Below are positions 16,094 to 26,089 of a stretch of DNA of 55,316 bases, piece by piece (position 1 is the stretch's first letter; each line of letters begins with the position of its first letter). The notes beneath the pieces were generated by a model, which ran no database searches, had not been told where the DNA came from, and saw nothing but the letters and a program-made list of their open reading frames with translations. The DNA lies in the IMG/VR virus record IMGVR_UViG_3300037575_000020, positions 1-55,316 of that record; one strand, written 5' to 3'. The translations under genes and the position numbers were made by a program. Source of the stretch: a virus. Lineage: Duplodnaviria > Caudoviricetes.

Positions 16094-17558
16094 AAAACAC
16101 CTGCCTAGACTGACGTTTAAGCAAAAAATTGCGCTCATTAAGATCATCAAAGAGCGTGAGAAGCGTAAGAAGTACAAGCTACACCAGTTATTCCCTGATG
16201 ATGGGCCGTTCGCTAGGCATGGTTATACCAAGCACTTATCCTTCTTTAAAGACGGTGCGTTCTACGGTTCACGCCTATTCATGGCTGGTAACCGTGTTGG
16301 TAAGACGATTGCTGGCACGTATGAAGATACCTTGCACGCGACTGGCCTTTATCCGGATTGGTGGGACGGCAAGCGCTTTGATCATCCAACGAAAGGTTGG
16401 ATTGCTGGCAAGACCAACGAGACAACACGCGACATTCTACAAGCGGAGTTGTTCGGTAACGTCATCTACAAAGATGGTGGTAAGAAAAAGACCATAGATG
16501 GTAGTGGCATCATACCGATTCACCTGATTGATCAAAAGTCTATCAGGTGGAAGTCTGGCGTCGCTGACCTAATCGATACGGTTAAGGTCAAACATGCCAG
16601 CGGTGGTTGGTCATACATTGGCCTCAAGTCGTACCAACAAGGCCGAGGAAGCTTTGAAGGTACGGCAATGCACTACATCCACTTGGATGAAGAGCCGCCT
16701 GAAGAAGTTTACACTGAGTGTTTAACACGTACAGCGACGACACGCGGTCTGATTTACATCACGTTTACGCCACTGATGGGCGTAACACCGATGGTCAAAG
16801 GCTTTATTGAGAAAGCCGATGAAGGTATTAACAGTGTTACTCGCGCAACATGGGACGACGCACCGCATTTAAGCGAGGACGACAAGGCCAATTACTTAGC
16901 GTTATTCCCCAAGCACGAGCACAAAGCGCGTATGCAGGGTATCCCATACGCAGGCAGTGGTCTGATTTATCCGATTGATGAAGACTTGATCATCATTGAT
17001 CGTTTCGACATACCAGCGCATTGGCCTCAAATCAAGGGTATGGATTTTGGTTGGGATCACCCAACAACATGCGTCACGCTGGCATGGGACCGCGACAACG
17101 ACATTGTTTATGTCACAAACGAGTATGCAGCACGCGAGAGAACACCACGCGAACACGCGCCACACTTTAACGATAATGGATCATGGCAGCCAGTTGCTTG
17201 GCCGCATGATGGTTATCAGCACGATAAGGGCAGTGGTTTAACACTCGCAGAGCAGTACCGCGATGAAGGCGTGAACATGCTCGATGAGAACGCCACGCAT
17301 GATGACGGCACCAATGGCGTCGAAGCTGGCTTGATGGAAATACTACAGCGCATGGAGACAGGCAGACTGTTTGTCTTCCGTGATTGTACTGAGTGGCAGG
17401 ACGAACGACGGACCTATCATCGAGACAAGGGCAAGATTAAGAAGTTGTATGACGACTTGATGGATGCCACGCGCTATGGCGTGATGATGCTTAGATTTGC
17501 TGAGACGAAGCCCCGATATGGTGGAAGCACCGCCAGCAATACTACAACGGTTATTTAA
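16047..17558 (+). CDS. terL: Terminase large subunit (P22-like)
   Basis: MAGNRVGKT Walker A, LDEEPP Walker B, TFTPL.G, GMDFGWDHP and DDLMDATRY nuclease motifs; exact start uncertain. Confidence 0.95.
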   Translation: MSLTTILLTCSAETLRKHLPRLTFKQKIALIKIIKEREKRKKYKLHQLFPDDGPFARHGYTKHLSFFKDGAFYGSRLFMAGNRVGKTIAGTYEDTLHATGLYPDWWDGKRFDHPTKGWIAGKTNETTRDILQAELFGNVIYKDGGKKKTIDGSGIIPIHLIDQKSIRWKSGVADLIDTVKVKHASGGWSYIGLKSYQQGRGSFEGTAMHYIHLDEEPPEEVYTECLTRTATTRGLIYITFTPLMGVTPMVKGFIEKADEGINSVTRATWDDAPHLSEDDKANYLALFPKHEHKARMQGIPYAGSGLIYPIDEDLIIIDRFDIPAHWPQIKGMDFGWDHPTTCVTLAWDRDNDIVYVTNEYAARERTPREHAPHFNDNGSWQPVAWPHDGYQHDKGSGLTLAEQYRDEGVNMLDENATHDDGTNGVEAGLMEILQRMETGRLFVFRDCTEWQDERRTYHRDKGKIKKLYDDLMDATRYGVMMLRFAETKPRYGGSTASNTTTVI

Positions 17559-17569
17559 AGGATAAAGAT

Positions 17570-18049
17570 ATGTCAGAGCTACCGAATAAAGTAACACTCG
17601 AAGCGCTAACTGCATTGGCTGATAGCGGTTACACTGAATACAATCACTTGGCTGGCACGTTGACGCATTGCACAATCACATTGCCGTGTGGTTTTCAAGT
17701 CACTGGTGAATCAGCTTGTATTGATCCAGATAATTTTAACGAAGAGTTAGGTCAAGAGATTGCACGCAAGAAAGCGGTAAACGCATTATGGCCGCTAGAA
17801 GGTTACTTGCTCGCTAATGATCGTTATCGTGCCGAGCTTGCCAGCGCTCATGATAATTACTTGGGTCGTATGCGCAAAGAGTTTGCATACTTGGATTCTA
17901 ATACAACAAAGCTGATCACCTTCCTGTCCAAGCCGCAGCCCACGTTTGTTTCTGACTATCAGTGGGAAGCGATGAAAGATCAGTGTGAGCTTATGAAAGC
18001 CTATCGTGAAATATTGAATATGCGTATCAATAACGCGATGGCTAGTTAA
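17570..18049 (+). CDS. N4 Gp49/Sf6 gp66-family domain fused to a crAss001_48-like helical domain; candidate anti-defence sponge
   Basis: T.C.ITL..GF.VTGESAC.DP.NF..ELG..IA...A...LW.LEGYLL, followed by RM..E...L....KL..FL......Q...M..Y..IL..RI. Confidence 0.8.
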   Translation: MSELPNKVTLEALTALADSGYTEYNHLAGTLTHCTITLPCGFQVTGESACIDPDNFNEELGQEIARKKAVNALWPLEGYLLANDRYRAELASAHDNYLGRMRKEFAYLDSNTTKLITFLSKPQPTFVSDYQWEAMKDQCELMKAYREILNMRINNAMAS

Positions 18050-18078
18050 AGGCGACGCATAACAAACAACCAAACACC

Positions 18079-18108
18079 AAAAGCCACCTCATCGAAGGTG
18101 GCTTTTTT
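18079..18108 (+). terminator. Intrinsic terminator
   Basis: AAAAGCCACCT/AGGTGGCTTTT stem with T-run. Confidence 0.8.
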
Positions 18109-18123
18109 GTGGGAGTTATTAGC

Positions 18124-18294
18124 ATGTCGCATTACAAGATAACCAACAGCAGGCTGTACGGTAGAGCGCTTGGTGGTCATGTGACTAAAGAGCTACAAGC
18201 TTACAGCCACAAGACGCTACAAGACCGCGCTAACAACGGTAATGCGGAAGCTAAGCGACTGATTCAGCAATTAAAGGATAAGCAATGTCACTAA
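18124..18294 (+). CDS. Small hypothetical protein
   Basis: GGGAG RBS then ATG at 18124; overlaps the next start. Confidence 0.55.
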   Translation: MSHYKITNSRLYGRALGGHVTKELQAYSHKTLQDRANNGNAEAKRLIQQLKDKQCH

Positions 18295-18725
18295 CGATAC
18301 GATATGGCGTGCCAGCCCCAGCAGTAGTACGCAAAGGCTACGGCCTACTTGCCTTCACCTCAAACGTGTTCTATGAAAACGAAGCAACAGGCGAAGTCGC
18401 TAATGATGCTGCATTGGTGCTGGCACGTCGTGCGTTTAGTTATGGCAAGTCATATGTCGCTATACAGCGCAATGAAGCTTACAAGCTGCTTAATGATGAT
18501 GGTTTATTCCTCGCTCAGACCGCTGTTGATTGTGCTGACTTCTTATGGAATGGACACGCAACAGACCGCGAACGTCACGTCGTCATGGATGCTTTGCTTG
18601 AAAACATAGATCAGTTAGTCATGCACAAGCCCGAAGGCGAAGATTTAAACCGTAAGGCGCTTGATAAATATTTTGAGGGTGAGCACAAGTTTACCCACGG
18701 ACTAATGGATATTGCCAACTCATGA
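18285..18725 (+). CDS. Hypothetical protein upstream of portal
   Basis: 146 aa, AAGGA RBS, ATGA overlap with portal. Confidence 0.75.
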   Translation: MSLTIRYGVPAPAVVRKGYGLLAFTSNVFYENEATGEVANDAALVLARRAFSYGKSYVAIQRNEAYKLLNDDGLFLAQTAVDCADFLWNGHATDRERHVVMDALLENIDQLVMHKPEGEDLNRKALDKYFEGEHKFTHGLMDIANS

Positions 18726-21097
18726 ACAAAACAGGCACCCACGAGCTAAGCCCAGATTTTAAGACCACGGCAGACGGCAAGTTTCTTGTGTGGGCGCATG
18801 ATATGTATGAGTACGAGCGCGAGCGTCAGGCAGAAGGCCGAGCACTACGCGCACGCGATGAAAAGTTTTACGACGGTCATCAACATACTGATGAAGAGAA
18901 GCAGGTGTATTTTGAGCGCAACCAAAAGCCGCGCACGTATAACGAGATCAAGCCAGCCGTTGATTGGATTATCGGTAGTGAAAGACGTGCACGCTCAGAC
19001 TGGAACGTGCTACCACGCACACAAGATGATGTCGAGCCAGCACACCTTAAGACTAAGCTTATAAAGTACATCGACGATATCAATAAGGCTAAATGGCAGC
19101 GCAGCAGTGCGTTTGAGGATTGCGTCAAGACTGGCGAAGGTTGGACACGTATTAGCGTAGAACCTAATGAAGATGGTGAGCTTATGATTAAGCTTAACTA
19201 TGAGAATTGGCAGAACATGCTGGCGGCTGGAAGCTCAGTCAAAGCGGATATGTCAGATTGCCCTTATCTATGGTCATCAAAGATTGTCGAAATGGAGACA
19301 CTGCAACAATGGTTCCCCGGCAAAGAGGCAGAGATTGCGCGTGACGCTGGCGAGCATGAAGAGTTAGAGGAAGATTTACGCTTTGATCAAGTGGGTGATG
19401 AGGGTAACGACTTGTACGGTGCAGGTCGTAGCACTCGATGGTCTGGCGATTGCAATGATGCAAGCGTCAATGTTGTGCGCTCAGGCAGTATGAGCATCAC
19501 TGGCGGTCACTACTCATCAACACGTCGCGCTGTACGTGTATGGGAAATGTGGTATCGCAAAACCGAGCGTGTGGAATTGCTCGCTAAAGCTGGTGGCCTC
19601 ACTGGTCAGATATTTGACAGCAATGATCAAGCACACCTAGCAGCGCTAGAGAATGGCGCAAACAAGCGCACTACGGTGCGCGAACAGATGCACATGGCTA
19701 TCTATACCAATACAACGGTATTGTTCAATGGTAAGTCGATATATAAGCATAATCGCTATCCGTTTGTGCGTCGTCTAGCCTTCATTGATAAGACAACCAA
19801 GTCGCCTTATGGCGTGGTCCGTCAGATTGTTGATCCTCAGTCGGATTTGAACGCACGTCGTAACCAAGCGCTTTATCTCATGGCAACACGTCAGGTGATT
19901 GCCGAAGAGGGCGCAGTAGACGATAAAGACAAGGCTTTAAAAGAAGTTGCCAAGGTCAATGGTTGGATTGAGGTTAAACGCGGTAAGCAGTTTGAAGTAA
20001 GAGATAATCAATCGCTGGCAGGCCCTCATGTGCAGTTTGCTGAAATGGACAGCGCATATCTAAAGCAGATCAGCGGTGTGACCAGTGAGAACCGTGGTAT
20101 GAATAGCAATGCTATGTCCGGTATCGCTATCCAGTCGCTACAAGAGCAGGGCACAGTCATTACCACGCCTATCATTGATAACCATCAATTAGCCCATCAG
20201 CTTGAGGGTGAGATTGTCTTGTCTTTGTGTGAGCAATACATTGACCGTGAAATGCAGTTCCGTGTCACAAGCGATGTTAAGAACCCCGGTGAAAAAGACT
20301 TTGTTGTACTCAACAGCACGCCTGAGACAAGTATCACTAATACGCAGGCTGACTTTGTGGTTGCTGAACGTGATTATAGACAGACGATGCGTCAAGCGCT
20401 GTCTGAGCAGCTGCTAAACGTATCAGGACAAATCACGCAAGCCACTGGTGATCCAGCCCTAGCGATTGCCTTCATTGAAATGGCGATTGACTTGCAAGAC
20501 CTGCCAAACAAAGAGCGCTTATCAAGTCGATTGCGCGAAGCCACAGGACTACCACCAATTGATGAAAACGAAGATGCGAAGAAAGCTCGTGAGGAATCAC
20601 AAGCGCAAGAGCAAGCGAAACAACAGGCGATGCAAGAGTTGTTGCAGCAGCTCGAAATTGACAAGAAGAAGTCAGACATCAACCTCGACAACTCGCGTGC
20701 CAACCAATACAACCGTGAAGGCGAGCGTGAGAAAGCCAATGCTCGACGTGCTCAAGCGGAAGCAATGGTTAAATACCTTGAAGCCGCTGGCGTGGTTGTC
20801 GAAAATGCCCAACTTACTACTATTGCTGATGATCTTATTAGCAACATGGATAACATTATGAATGGCACTGTGCCAAACAGCATACAACCAGTGCAAGGGC
20901 AACCAGTAGAGCAAGCACCAGTACCTATGCAGGTTGACATGCCAGCACCGCCTGAGCAGCAACCACCAATGCCACAGCCCGAACAGCCAGTACCAGCAGA
21001 AGGTGAGATAGATTTTTCAAACATGACGCCTGAAGAAGCCGCAATGATGGAACAAGCGTTAATGCAGCAACAATCAACCGAACAACCTAATCCATAA
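18722..21097 (+). CDS. Portal protein (P22-like podovirus type)
   Basis: FYDG.Q, N.IKP.VDWIIG.E, PYGVVR...DPQ..LN.R, ISGV..E..G...NA.SG.AI motifs; C-terminal coiled-coil barrel. Confidence 0.92.
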   Translation: MNKTGTHELSPDFKTTADGKFLVWAHDMYEYERERQAEGRALRARDEKFYDGHQHTDEEKQVYFERNQKPRTYNEIKPAVDWIIGSERRARSDWNVLPRTQDDVEPAHLKTKLIKYIDDINKAKWQRSSAFEDCVKTGEGWTRISVEPNEDGELMIKLNYENWQNMLAAGSSVKADMSDCPYLWSSKIVEMETLQQWFPGKEAEIARDAGEHEELEEDLRFDQVGDEGNDLYGAGRSTRWSGDCNDASVNVVRSGSMSITGGHYSSTRRAVRVWEMWYRKTERVELLAKAGGLTGQIFDSNDQAHLAALENGANKRTTVREQMHMAIYTNTTVLFNGKSIYKHNRYPFVRRLAFIDKTTKSPYGVVRQIVDPQSDLNARRNQALYLMATRQVIAEEGAVDDKDKALKEVAKVNGWIEVKRGKQFEVRDNQSLAGPHVQFAEMDSAYLKQISGVTSENRGMNSNAMSGIAIQSLQEQGTVITTPIIDNHQLAHQLEGEIVLSLCEQYIDREMQFRVTSDVKNPGEKDFVVLNSTPETSITNTQADFVVAERDYRQTMRQALSEQLLNVSGQITQATGDPALAIAFIEMAIDLQDLPNKERLSSRLREATGLPPIDENEDAKKAREESQAQEQAKQQAMQELLQQLEIDKKKSDINLDNSRANQYNREGEREKANARRAQAEAMVKYLEAAGVVVENAQLTTIADDLISNMDNIMNGTVPNSIQPVQGQPVEQAPVPMQVDMPAPPEQQPPMPQPEQPVPAEGEIDFSNMTPEEAAMMEQALMQQQSTEQPNP

Positions 21098-21108
21098 GGA
21101 TAATTGAC

Positions 21109-22059
21109 ATGACAGTAGACACGCACGACGACGATTTTGACATCGATACTACAGACCTAGACAACTTACAAGACAATGACGATGATCTTGATGAAGATTT
21201 TGGTCTGAGCTACGACGGTTTAACCCAAGCTGAGATTGATGCTATCAATAGCCCCGATGGTGATGATTACAATGAAGGCGATGAGGGCGACGATGATCAA
21301 GATGAAGATAACGAAGCCGATACTACTGACGATAGCGATGCTGGCGACGACGATGCAGCCGACGACGCTGCGACTGACAGCGCTGATGATGCTGATACTA
21401 CTGATCAGGATGACTTTGCACAAGAAGCCTCGACGGTAGCAGATAAGCGCACCGCTATTGATGCAGAGTTTGACGCTAAGCACGCAGAGCTTGTCGCATT
21501 GGGTGAGCAATACGATAACGGTGACATCTTAGACGGTGCCTACAATGCCGCCAAGGTTCGCATTGAGCGCGATTTAAAACGCATTGAAGCACGCGAGTCC
21601 GAGCTGGTCGCCAAAGAAGATGAGATTGCCGAGCGCACATCAAGCCAGCAAGAACAAGAAATGCAAAAGTTTGCATCAGCGGTCACTGACTTTATGAGCA
21701 AGCCTGAAAACAAAGTGTTTGCCGAAGGCAGCCCTGAACATGCCGCGCTAGATACACAGCTACGCGTGATTGCTGCAAACGTAGCACCGGGCACCACTTA
21801 TGCAGAAATGCTAGGTAAGGCACGCATGGCAGTCTCATCTTATATGACCTTGCCTGATGCGACTGAGACTGACAAGCCTGCGCCAAAGCAAAAAGAAGAA
21901 CACGGTGTAATGCCTAGTATCTCAAACATGCCAGCAGTCGTTGCTAACAGCAATGAGGGTAGTAAGTTTGCACACTTAGATAAGCTTGACGGTCCAGCGC
22001 TTGAGCGTGCATTGGCAGACATGACGCCTGAGCAAGAAGCTGAATACCTAAACTCTTAA
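21109..22059 (+). CDS. Capsid scaffolding protein
   Basis: Very acidic N-terminus, helical core, ends MTPEQEAEYL; lies between portal and capsid. Confidence 0.8.
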   Translation: MTVDTHDDDFDIDTTDLDNLQDNDDDLDEDFGLSYDGLTQAEIDAINSPDGDDYNEGDEGDDDQDEDNEADTTDDSDAGDDDAADDAATDSADDADTTDQDDFAQEASTVADKRTAIDAEFDAKHAELVALGEQYDNGDILDGAYNAAKVRIERDLKRIEARESELVAKEDEIAERTSSQQEQEMQKFASAVTDFMSKPENKVFAEGSPEHAALDTQLRVIAANVAPGTTYAEMLGKARMAVSSYMTLPDATETDKPAPKQKEEHGVMPSISNMPAVVANSNEGSKFAHLDKLDGPALERALADMTPEQEAEYLNS

Positions 22060-22086
22060 ACCAATATCACAGGTTAATACTAACTT

Positions 22087-22290
22087 ATGAGTAAGATACG
22101 CTATCGAGATTGCAGCATAGGCGATGTTATCGAGGTCACTGGCCCTTGCACCATAACCATTGAGAGTAAGAGTGGTCGTGCAACAAGGGTTAAGCTCGTA
22201 ACCGATCAAGATAGCGATATAAATTTCCCCACAGGTGAACGAGCGCATACGTGCTGTGATACCAAAAATAGTCTAAATAAAGGAGACTAA
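22087..22290 (+). CDS. CsrA/RsmA-like small beta-strand protein
   Basis: R..IGDVIEV....TITI.SK.G...RV.L....D..I aligns by eye with CsrA ([37 protein letters not shown]); same position as the CsrA-like gene recalled from Bcep22-like phages. Confidence 0.6.
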   Translation: MSKIRYRDCSIGDVIEVTGPCTITIESKSGRATRVKLVTDQDSDINFPTGERAHTCCDTKNSLNKGD

Positions 22291-22294
22291 TATC

Positions 22295-23425
22295 ATGGCA
22301 CAATCCAAGATTAACGACCAACAAGCGGTTAAAAAATGGGCAGGCGCGTTATTCGGCTCAGCTGTTGCTAAGTCTTTTTATGGCAGCAAGCTGATGGCCT
22401 CAACCAAACTGGTCGGTAAGGCTGGATCAATGGCAAACGCGCCAATCGGTGTTATTACCGACTTGGAGCAGGGCGCTGGTGATCTCGTATCGTTCGATAT
22501 GTTTGTCCAGCTAAAAGGTCGCGGTACTTATGGCGATGACGTACTCGAAGGCAACGAGGAAGATTTAACCTCTTTCACGGATGAGATTAAAATCAACCAA
22601 GTTCGTCACGGTGTGACGCCTGGTGGCAAGATGAACCAAAAGCGTACCATCAATGATCTACGCGCCATTGCCAAGGTCAAGCTTGAGCGCTGGCACGCCA
22701 GCCACTTTGATGATGTTGTAATGACAACATTGGGCGGTGGTCGTGGTCACGCCAAAGATTTGTATATCGGTATGGGCGCTACAGCACCAATCCGAGGCGC
22801 GTCAGAATACACACAGTATGATGAAGATAGTATCGTCTATGGCGGTTCAGCGACCTCTAAGGCCAGTCTGACTGCAAGCGACACCATGACTCTTGATCTA
22901 ATCGACGAGCTTGTACTTAACGCCAAACGTGGCGGTAAGGCTGATGGTGAGTTCCGTATGGAGCCGTTAGAAGAGTCGGCAGAAGAGTATTACATGCTGA
23001 CGCTATCACCTGAGCAAATTCATGACTTGCGCAAAGACACTGGCACTGGTGGTTGGTTGGATATTCAAAAGGCAGCAGCTGCTTCTAACGGTTATCAAAA
23101 CCATATCTTTAAAGGCAGTGCTGGCGAGTACAACAAGGTTCACATCAAAGAAGTGAACAGTGTTGTTACTTACAATGATTTTGGTGCTGGTAATAACATC
23201 AAAGCGCATACAGGCGTATTCATGGGCCGTCAGGCTGCTGTGGTCGCCTTTGGTAGCGCGAGCGATAAAAACCTACGCGCCAATTGGGAAGAGAAAGAAA
23301 AAGATTACGGCAACCAAGTCGGCATCAGTGCTGGTATGGTTTACGGCACCAAGCTACCAGCGTTTGACGGCAAGGTTGTCAATTCTATGGCAGCCTATAC
23401 CGCAGTATCTAAATCTCGCACCTAA
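22295..23425 (+). CDS. Major capsid protein (N4-gp56 / DUF4043 type)
   Basis: AVKKW...LF, GD.V.FD...QL.G...GD..LEGNEE.L, Q.RH.V..GG.M.QKRT..DLR, W.DIQKAA motifs. Confidence 0.92.
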   Translation: MAQSKINDQQAVKKWAGALFGSAVAKSFYGSKLMASTKLVGKAGSMANAPIGVITDLEQGAGDLVSFDMFVQLKGRGTYGDDVLEGNEEDLTSFTDEIKINQVRHGVTPGGKMNQKRTINDLRAIAKVKLERWHASHFDDVVMTTLGGGRGHAKDLYIGMGATAPIRGASEYTQYDEDSIVYGGSATSKASLTASDTMTLDLIDELVLNAKRGGKADGEFRMEPLEESAEEYYMLTLSPEQIHDLRKDTGTGGWLDIQKAAAASNGYQNHIFKGSAGEYNKVHIKEVNSVVTYNDFGAGNNIKAHTGVFMGRQAAVVAFGSASDKNLRANWEEKEKDYGNQVGISAGMVYGTKLPAFDGKVVNSMAAYTAVSKSRT

Positions 23426-23520
23426 TACGAGCGATTAGCTGATTGGTAGGTTGGTCGTGCCAGCCTACTGATTTATTACCCCTCTTTTTACACAGTATCT
23501 TTATATAAGGACACAGGACT

Positions 23521-23973
23521 ATGGCTAAGCTTCAGTCAGAACGATACCTGCATAATGCGCAGGTGCAAAGCTCGATGATTAGTGGTGTTGGTAACTTCCC
23601 TACTATTACTTACGACTTCACCGCGGCAACCACGGTTGCTAATGGTGATTTTATTATGATGTGCAAGCTACCTCCACGCGCTTCAATCATGGGTATTGAG
23701 GTCGTATGTAGTGCGCTAGGCGCTGGCATCATTGCTGATGTTGGTGTTATGAACGCAGACGAGTCAGATATTGCTGCCAAGTGGATTGCAGATGGCAATA
23801 TGGCTGCACAAAAGTGGTTTAAGATCAGCGATAACGTCATCGAAGGCCGACTCGCTAAAGTAAATGAAGATCCGGTGACAATTGCCATTAAGTTAAAAGC
23901 AGCTGGCACGATTCCTCAAGGTGCGTTTATTCATGTGACACCGCACTACCGACACGCCAATAACACCGAATAA
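23521..23973 (+). CDS. Virion structural protein (capsid decoration or cement candidate)
   Basis: 150 aa, beta-rich, GD.I....LP..A.I motif, immediately after the capsid gene. Confidence 0.65.
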   Translation: MAKLQSERYLHNAQVQSSMISGVGNFPTITYDFTAATTVANGDFIMMCKLPPRASIMGIEVVCSALGAGIIADVGVMNADESDIAAKWIADGNMAAQKWFKISDNVIEGRLAKVNEDPVTIAIKLKAAGTIPQGAFIHVTPHYRHANNTE

Positions 23974-23998
23974 ACAGTAAGGTCGAGATAAACAGCAA

Positions 23999-24037
23999 TA
24001 AAGCCCATAGCGCCAGTCGTTGTGGGCTTTCTCGTTT
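23999..24037 (+). terminator. Intrinsic terminator
   Basis: AAAGCCCATAGC/GTTGTGGGCTTT stem. Confidence 0.65.
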
Positions 24038-24069
24038 CTATTCATTTATAAACAAAAGGAGCCTACATC

Positions 24070-24822
24070 ATGGCTGATACTAAAACGAGCACAACCAAAG
24101 CTGATGAAGATAAAGCAGCCGCTACCAAAAAAGAAGCTGATGCAGCGGTTGAGCAAGCCAGCAAAGATGCAGAAGCTATTAAGGCGCAAGCTGATTTGAT
24201 CGAAGAGCTGAAAAAAAAGCTTGCTGAATCTGAATCCAAAAATCTATCACAAGATAAATTGCAATCCGCTGCGCTATCAGTTGCGGAGGCAACCACTGTT
24301 GGTAATAAAAAAGGGTTAACCATTCAGTGTATCTTACGTCGCAAAGGTGGCACCACTGTCGCGTTTGGTCATAACGCTGCAAAGCAGACTGTTTATAAAT
24401 TCAAGCCTATCAACCCAGAAGATAGCAACTCACCGCACGTCTGTAATGTGGCTAACTCAGAACACGCTCAGCGCTTTCTTGGTATTCCTGAATCCTATCG
24501 TCTCTATGATGAAGATAACGCCAACATCGACAAGATTGAAGTCACCAGCGGCAACAACTTAACCGAAGATGCGTTCTTAAATAAGTTTGATGACATTCTG
24601 TCTATCAATTTTGATACCGCTGAAAACGAAACGATCAAAGCATGGGCCAAAGAAGTGCTAGGTCTGACGCCCTCACACACCGCAAAGATTCGTGAAAAAG
24701 CCGCCAGCCTTGATGTCAAAGAAGCTAAAGGCGACAACATGAACGAGCTGTTACGCAAAATTGGTGTCGCCATGCAACAAGAAGAGCTTGCTGCAAGCGA
24801 GCAAGCCAAGAAAGACAAATAA
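24070..24822 (+). CDS. Virion-associated hypothetical protein
   Basis: I.CIL.RKGGT.V.......YKF.P......HVC.V...EH..RFL.IPE.YR core with charged flanks. Confidence 0.75.
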   Translation: MADTKTSTTKADEDKAAATKKEADAAVEQASKDAEAIKAQADLIEELKKKLAESESKNLSQDKLQSAALSVAEATTVGNKKGLTIQCILRRKGGTTVAFGHNAAKQTVYKFKPINPEDSNSPHVCNVANSEHAQRFLGIPESYRLYDEDNANIDKIEVTSGNNLTEDAFLNKFDDILSINFDTAENETIKAWAKEVLGLTPSHTAKIREKAASLDVKEAKGDNMNELLRKIGVAMQQEELAASEQAKKDK

Positions 24823-24831
24823 GGACAGACC

Positions 24832-25476
24832 ATGATTAGTAGCCGTAGTGTAGTGATAGGTTTGCAACGAACCCAGCTTAATGATCCAGAAGGTGAGACT
24901 TTTCAAGAGCCTGAATTGATTGACGCGCTCAATCAAGCACTACGCACGCTAACCTTGTTACGTCCAGATGCTACTGCTAAGTATGCGACAGTTAATATCC
25001 AGCGTGGTGCGCGGCAGATCATACCTGCCGATGGTGTGCGCCTTATTCGTGTGATTAGCAACATACGTGAAAGCGGTCAAAGAGGGCAGATTCCGCGACT
25101 GGTACAAAAAGAAGATATGGACAGTATGAGCCATGACTGGATGCAGGCCGCTGGCACGCATGTCAAAGAGTATATGTTTGATGCTCGCGTGCCTAAGCAG
25201 TTTTTTATCTATCCAACAGTATCATCAAATCTAAAGCTTGAGATTGAGTACAGCGCACACCCTAAGCTTGTCACGCCTGAGAACTTTGATGAAGCGCTAC
25301 CAGTCGATGATATGTACTCACAACCTATCCAAGAGCTGATGCTATACATATTGCTATCAGGTGATAGCACCAACGGCAGTAGCGGTACCGAACACTTAAC
25401 CATAGCGACGCAGTTGCTAGGCGTTCAAGATTTAAACGATGAGCGACTATCACCAGCGCGCAAAACGAGTAACTGA
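24832..25476 (+). CDS. Head-to-tail adaptor protein
   Basis: L.D....F...EL..ALN.A......RPDA and F.IYP motifs; position in the structural operon. Confidence 0.72.
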   Translation: MISSRSVVIGLQRTQLNDPEGETFQEPELIDALNQALRTLTLLRPDATAKYATVNIQRGARQIIPADGVRLIRVISNIRESGQRGQIPRLVQKEDMDSMSHDWMQAAGTHVKEYMFDARVPKQFFIYPTVSSNLKLEIEYSAHPKLVTPENFDEALPVDDMYSQPIQELMLYILLSGDSTNGSSGTEHLTIATQLLGVQDLNDERLSPARKTSN

Positions 25477-25478
25477 TT

Positions 25479-26078
25479 ATGGATATGGCTCAATATGACG
25501 ATTGGCTCGATGGCATCAACGTCCGACTTGCCAGCAGTGCAGGTAGTGCAGCGAACGTACCTCGTGTGATTGTGGTGCACGCTGTGCGGTCAGTGGTTAA
25601 AGATTTTTTACAGCGCACTAAGATATGGGTATACAGCCCAAGAGTTGCTACATCAAGGTTGGCTGTGCGCGCTGTCTCTATCCCTCGTGACAGTTTTATC
25701 TGCAAGTTATGGACTAACGATTGTAAGCCATGCTTTGAAAAGCATGCTTATTTTGAGCATCCGAACATCATCAACTTATCAGGCATGCGTGATAGTGATA
25801 TTGAGAATGAAACACTAGAGGGTATGCAGGTGTCTCTATCCGTGACGCAATCAAGCCTTGAGTGTCCGATGTTTATCTTTGATCGCTATTACGAAGCAAT
25901 ACTGGCTGGCACGATGGCGTCATTGCAGGCAATGCCTGGTAAGGATTGGTCTAATCCGAATATGGTTGAGTACCATTCAACGATCTACGATCAAGCGGTT
26001 AAAGACGCAAGAACCAATTTAGACAACAGCTTTAACAAAACAAAGAAAGATTATTCTATTCCACCTAACTTTATGTAG
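25479..26078 (+). CDS. Second adaptor / head-completion protein
   Basis: AVR....DF..RT..W and Y.EAI..G..A.L..MPGK.WSNP motifs. Confidence 0.7.
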   Translation: MDMAQYDDWLDGINVRLASSAGSAANVPRVIVVHAVRSVVKDFLQRTKIWVYSPRVATSRLAVRAVSIPRDSFICKLWTNDCKPCFEKHAYFEHPNIINLSGMRDSDIENETLEGMQVSLSVTQSSLECPMFIFDRYYEAILAGTMASLQAMPGKDWSNPNMVEYHSTIYDQAVKDARTNLDNSFNKTKKDYSIPPNFM

Positions 26079-26089
26079 AGGACACTGAC

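Noticed and set aside
24211-24219. A-AAA-AAG slippery heptamer in the 24070 gene
   Set aside because: A -1 shift meets a stop within three codons and no stimulatory hairpin is evident; probably just a lysine run.
16129-25818. Many alternative-frame and antisense ORFs inside terL, portal, scaffold, capsid and adaptor genes
   Set aside because: Composition (M/L/S/T/C-rich) mirrors the codon bias of the main frame; no RBS or motifs.
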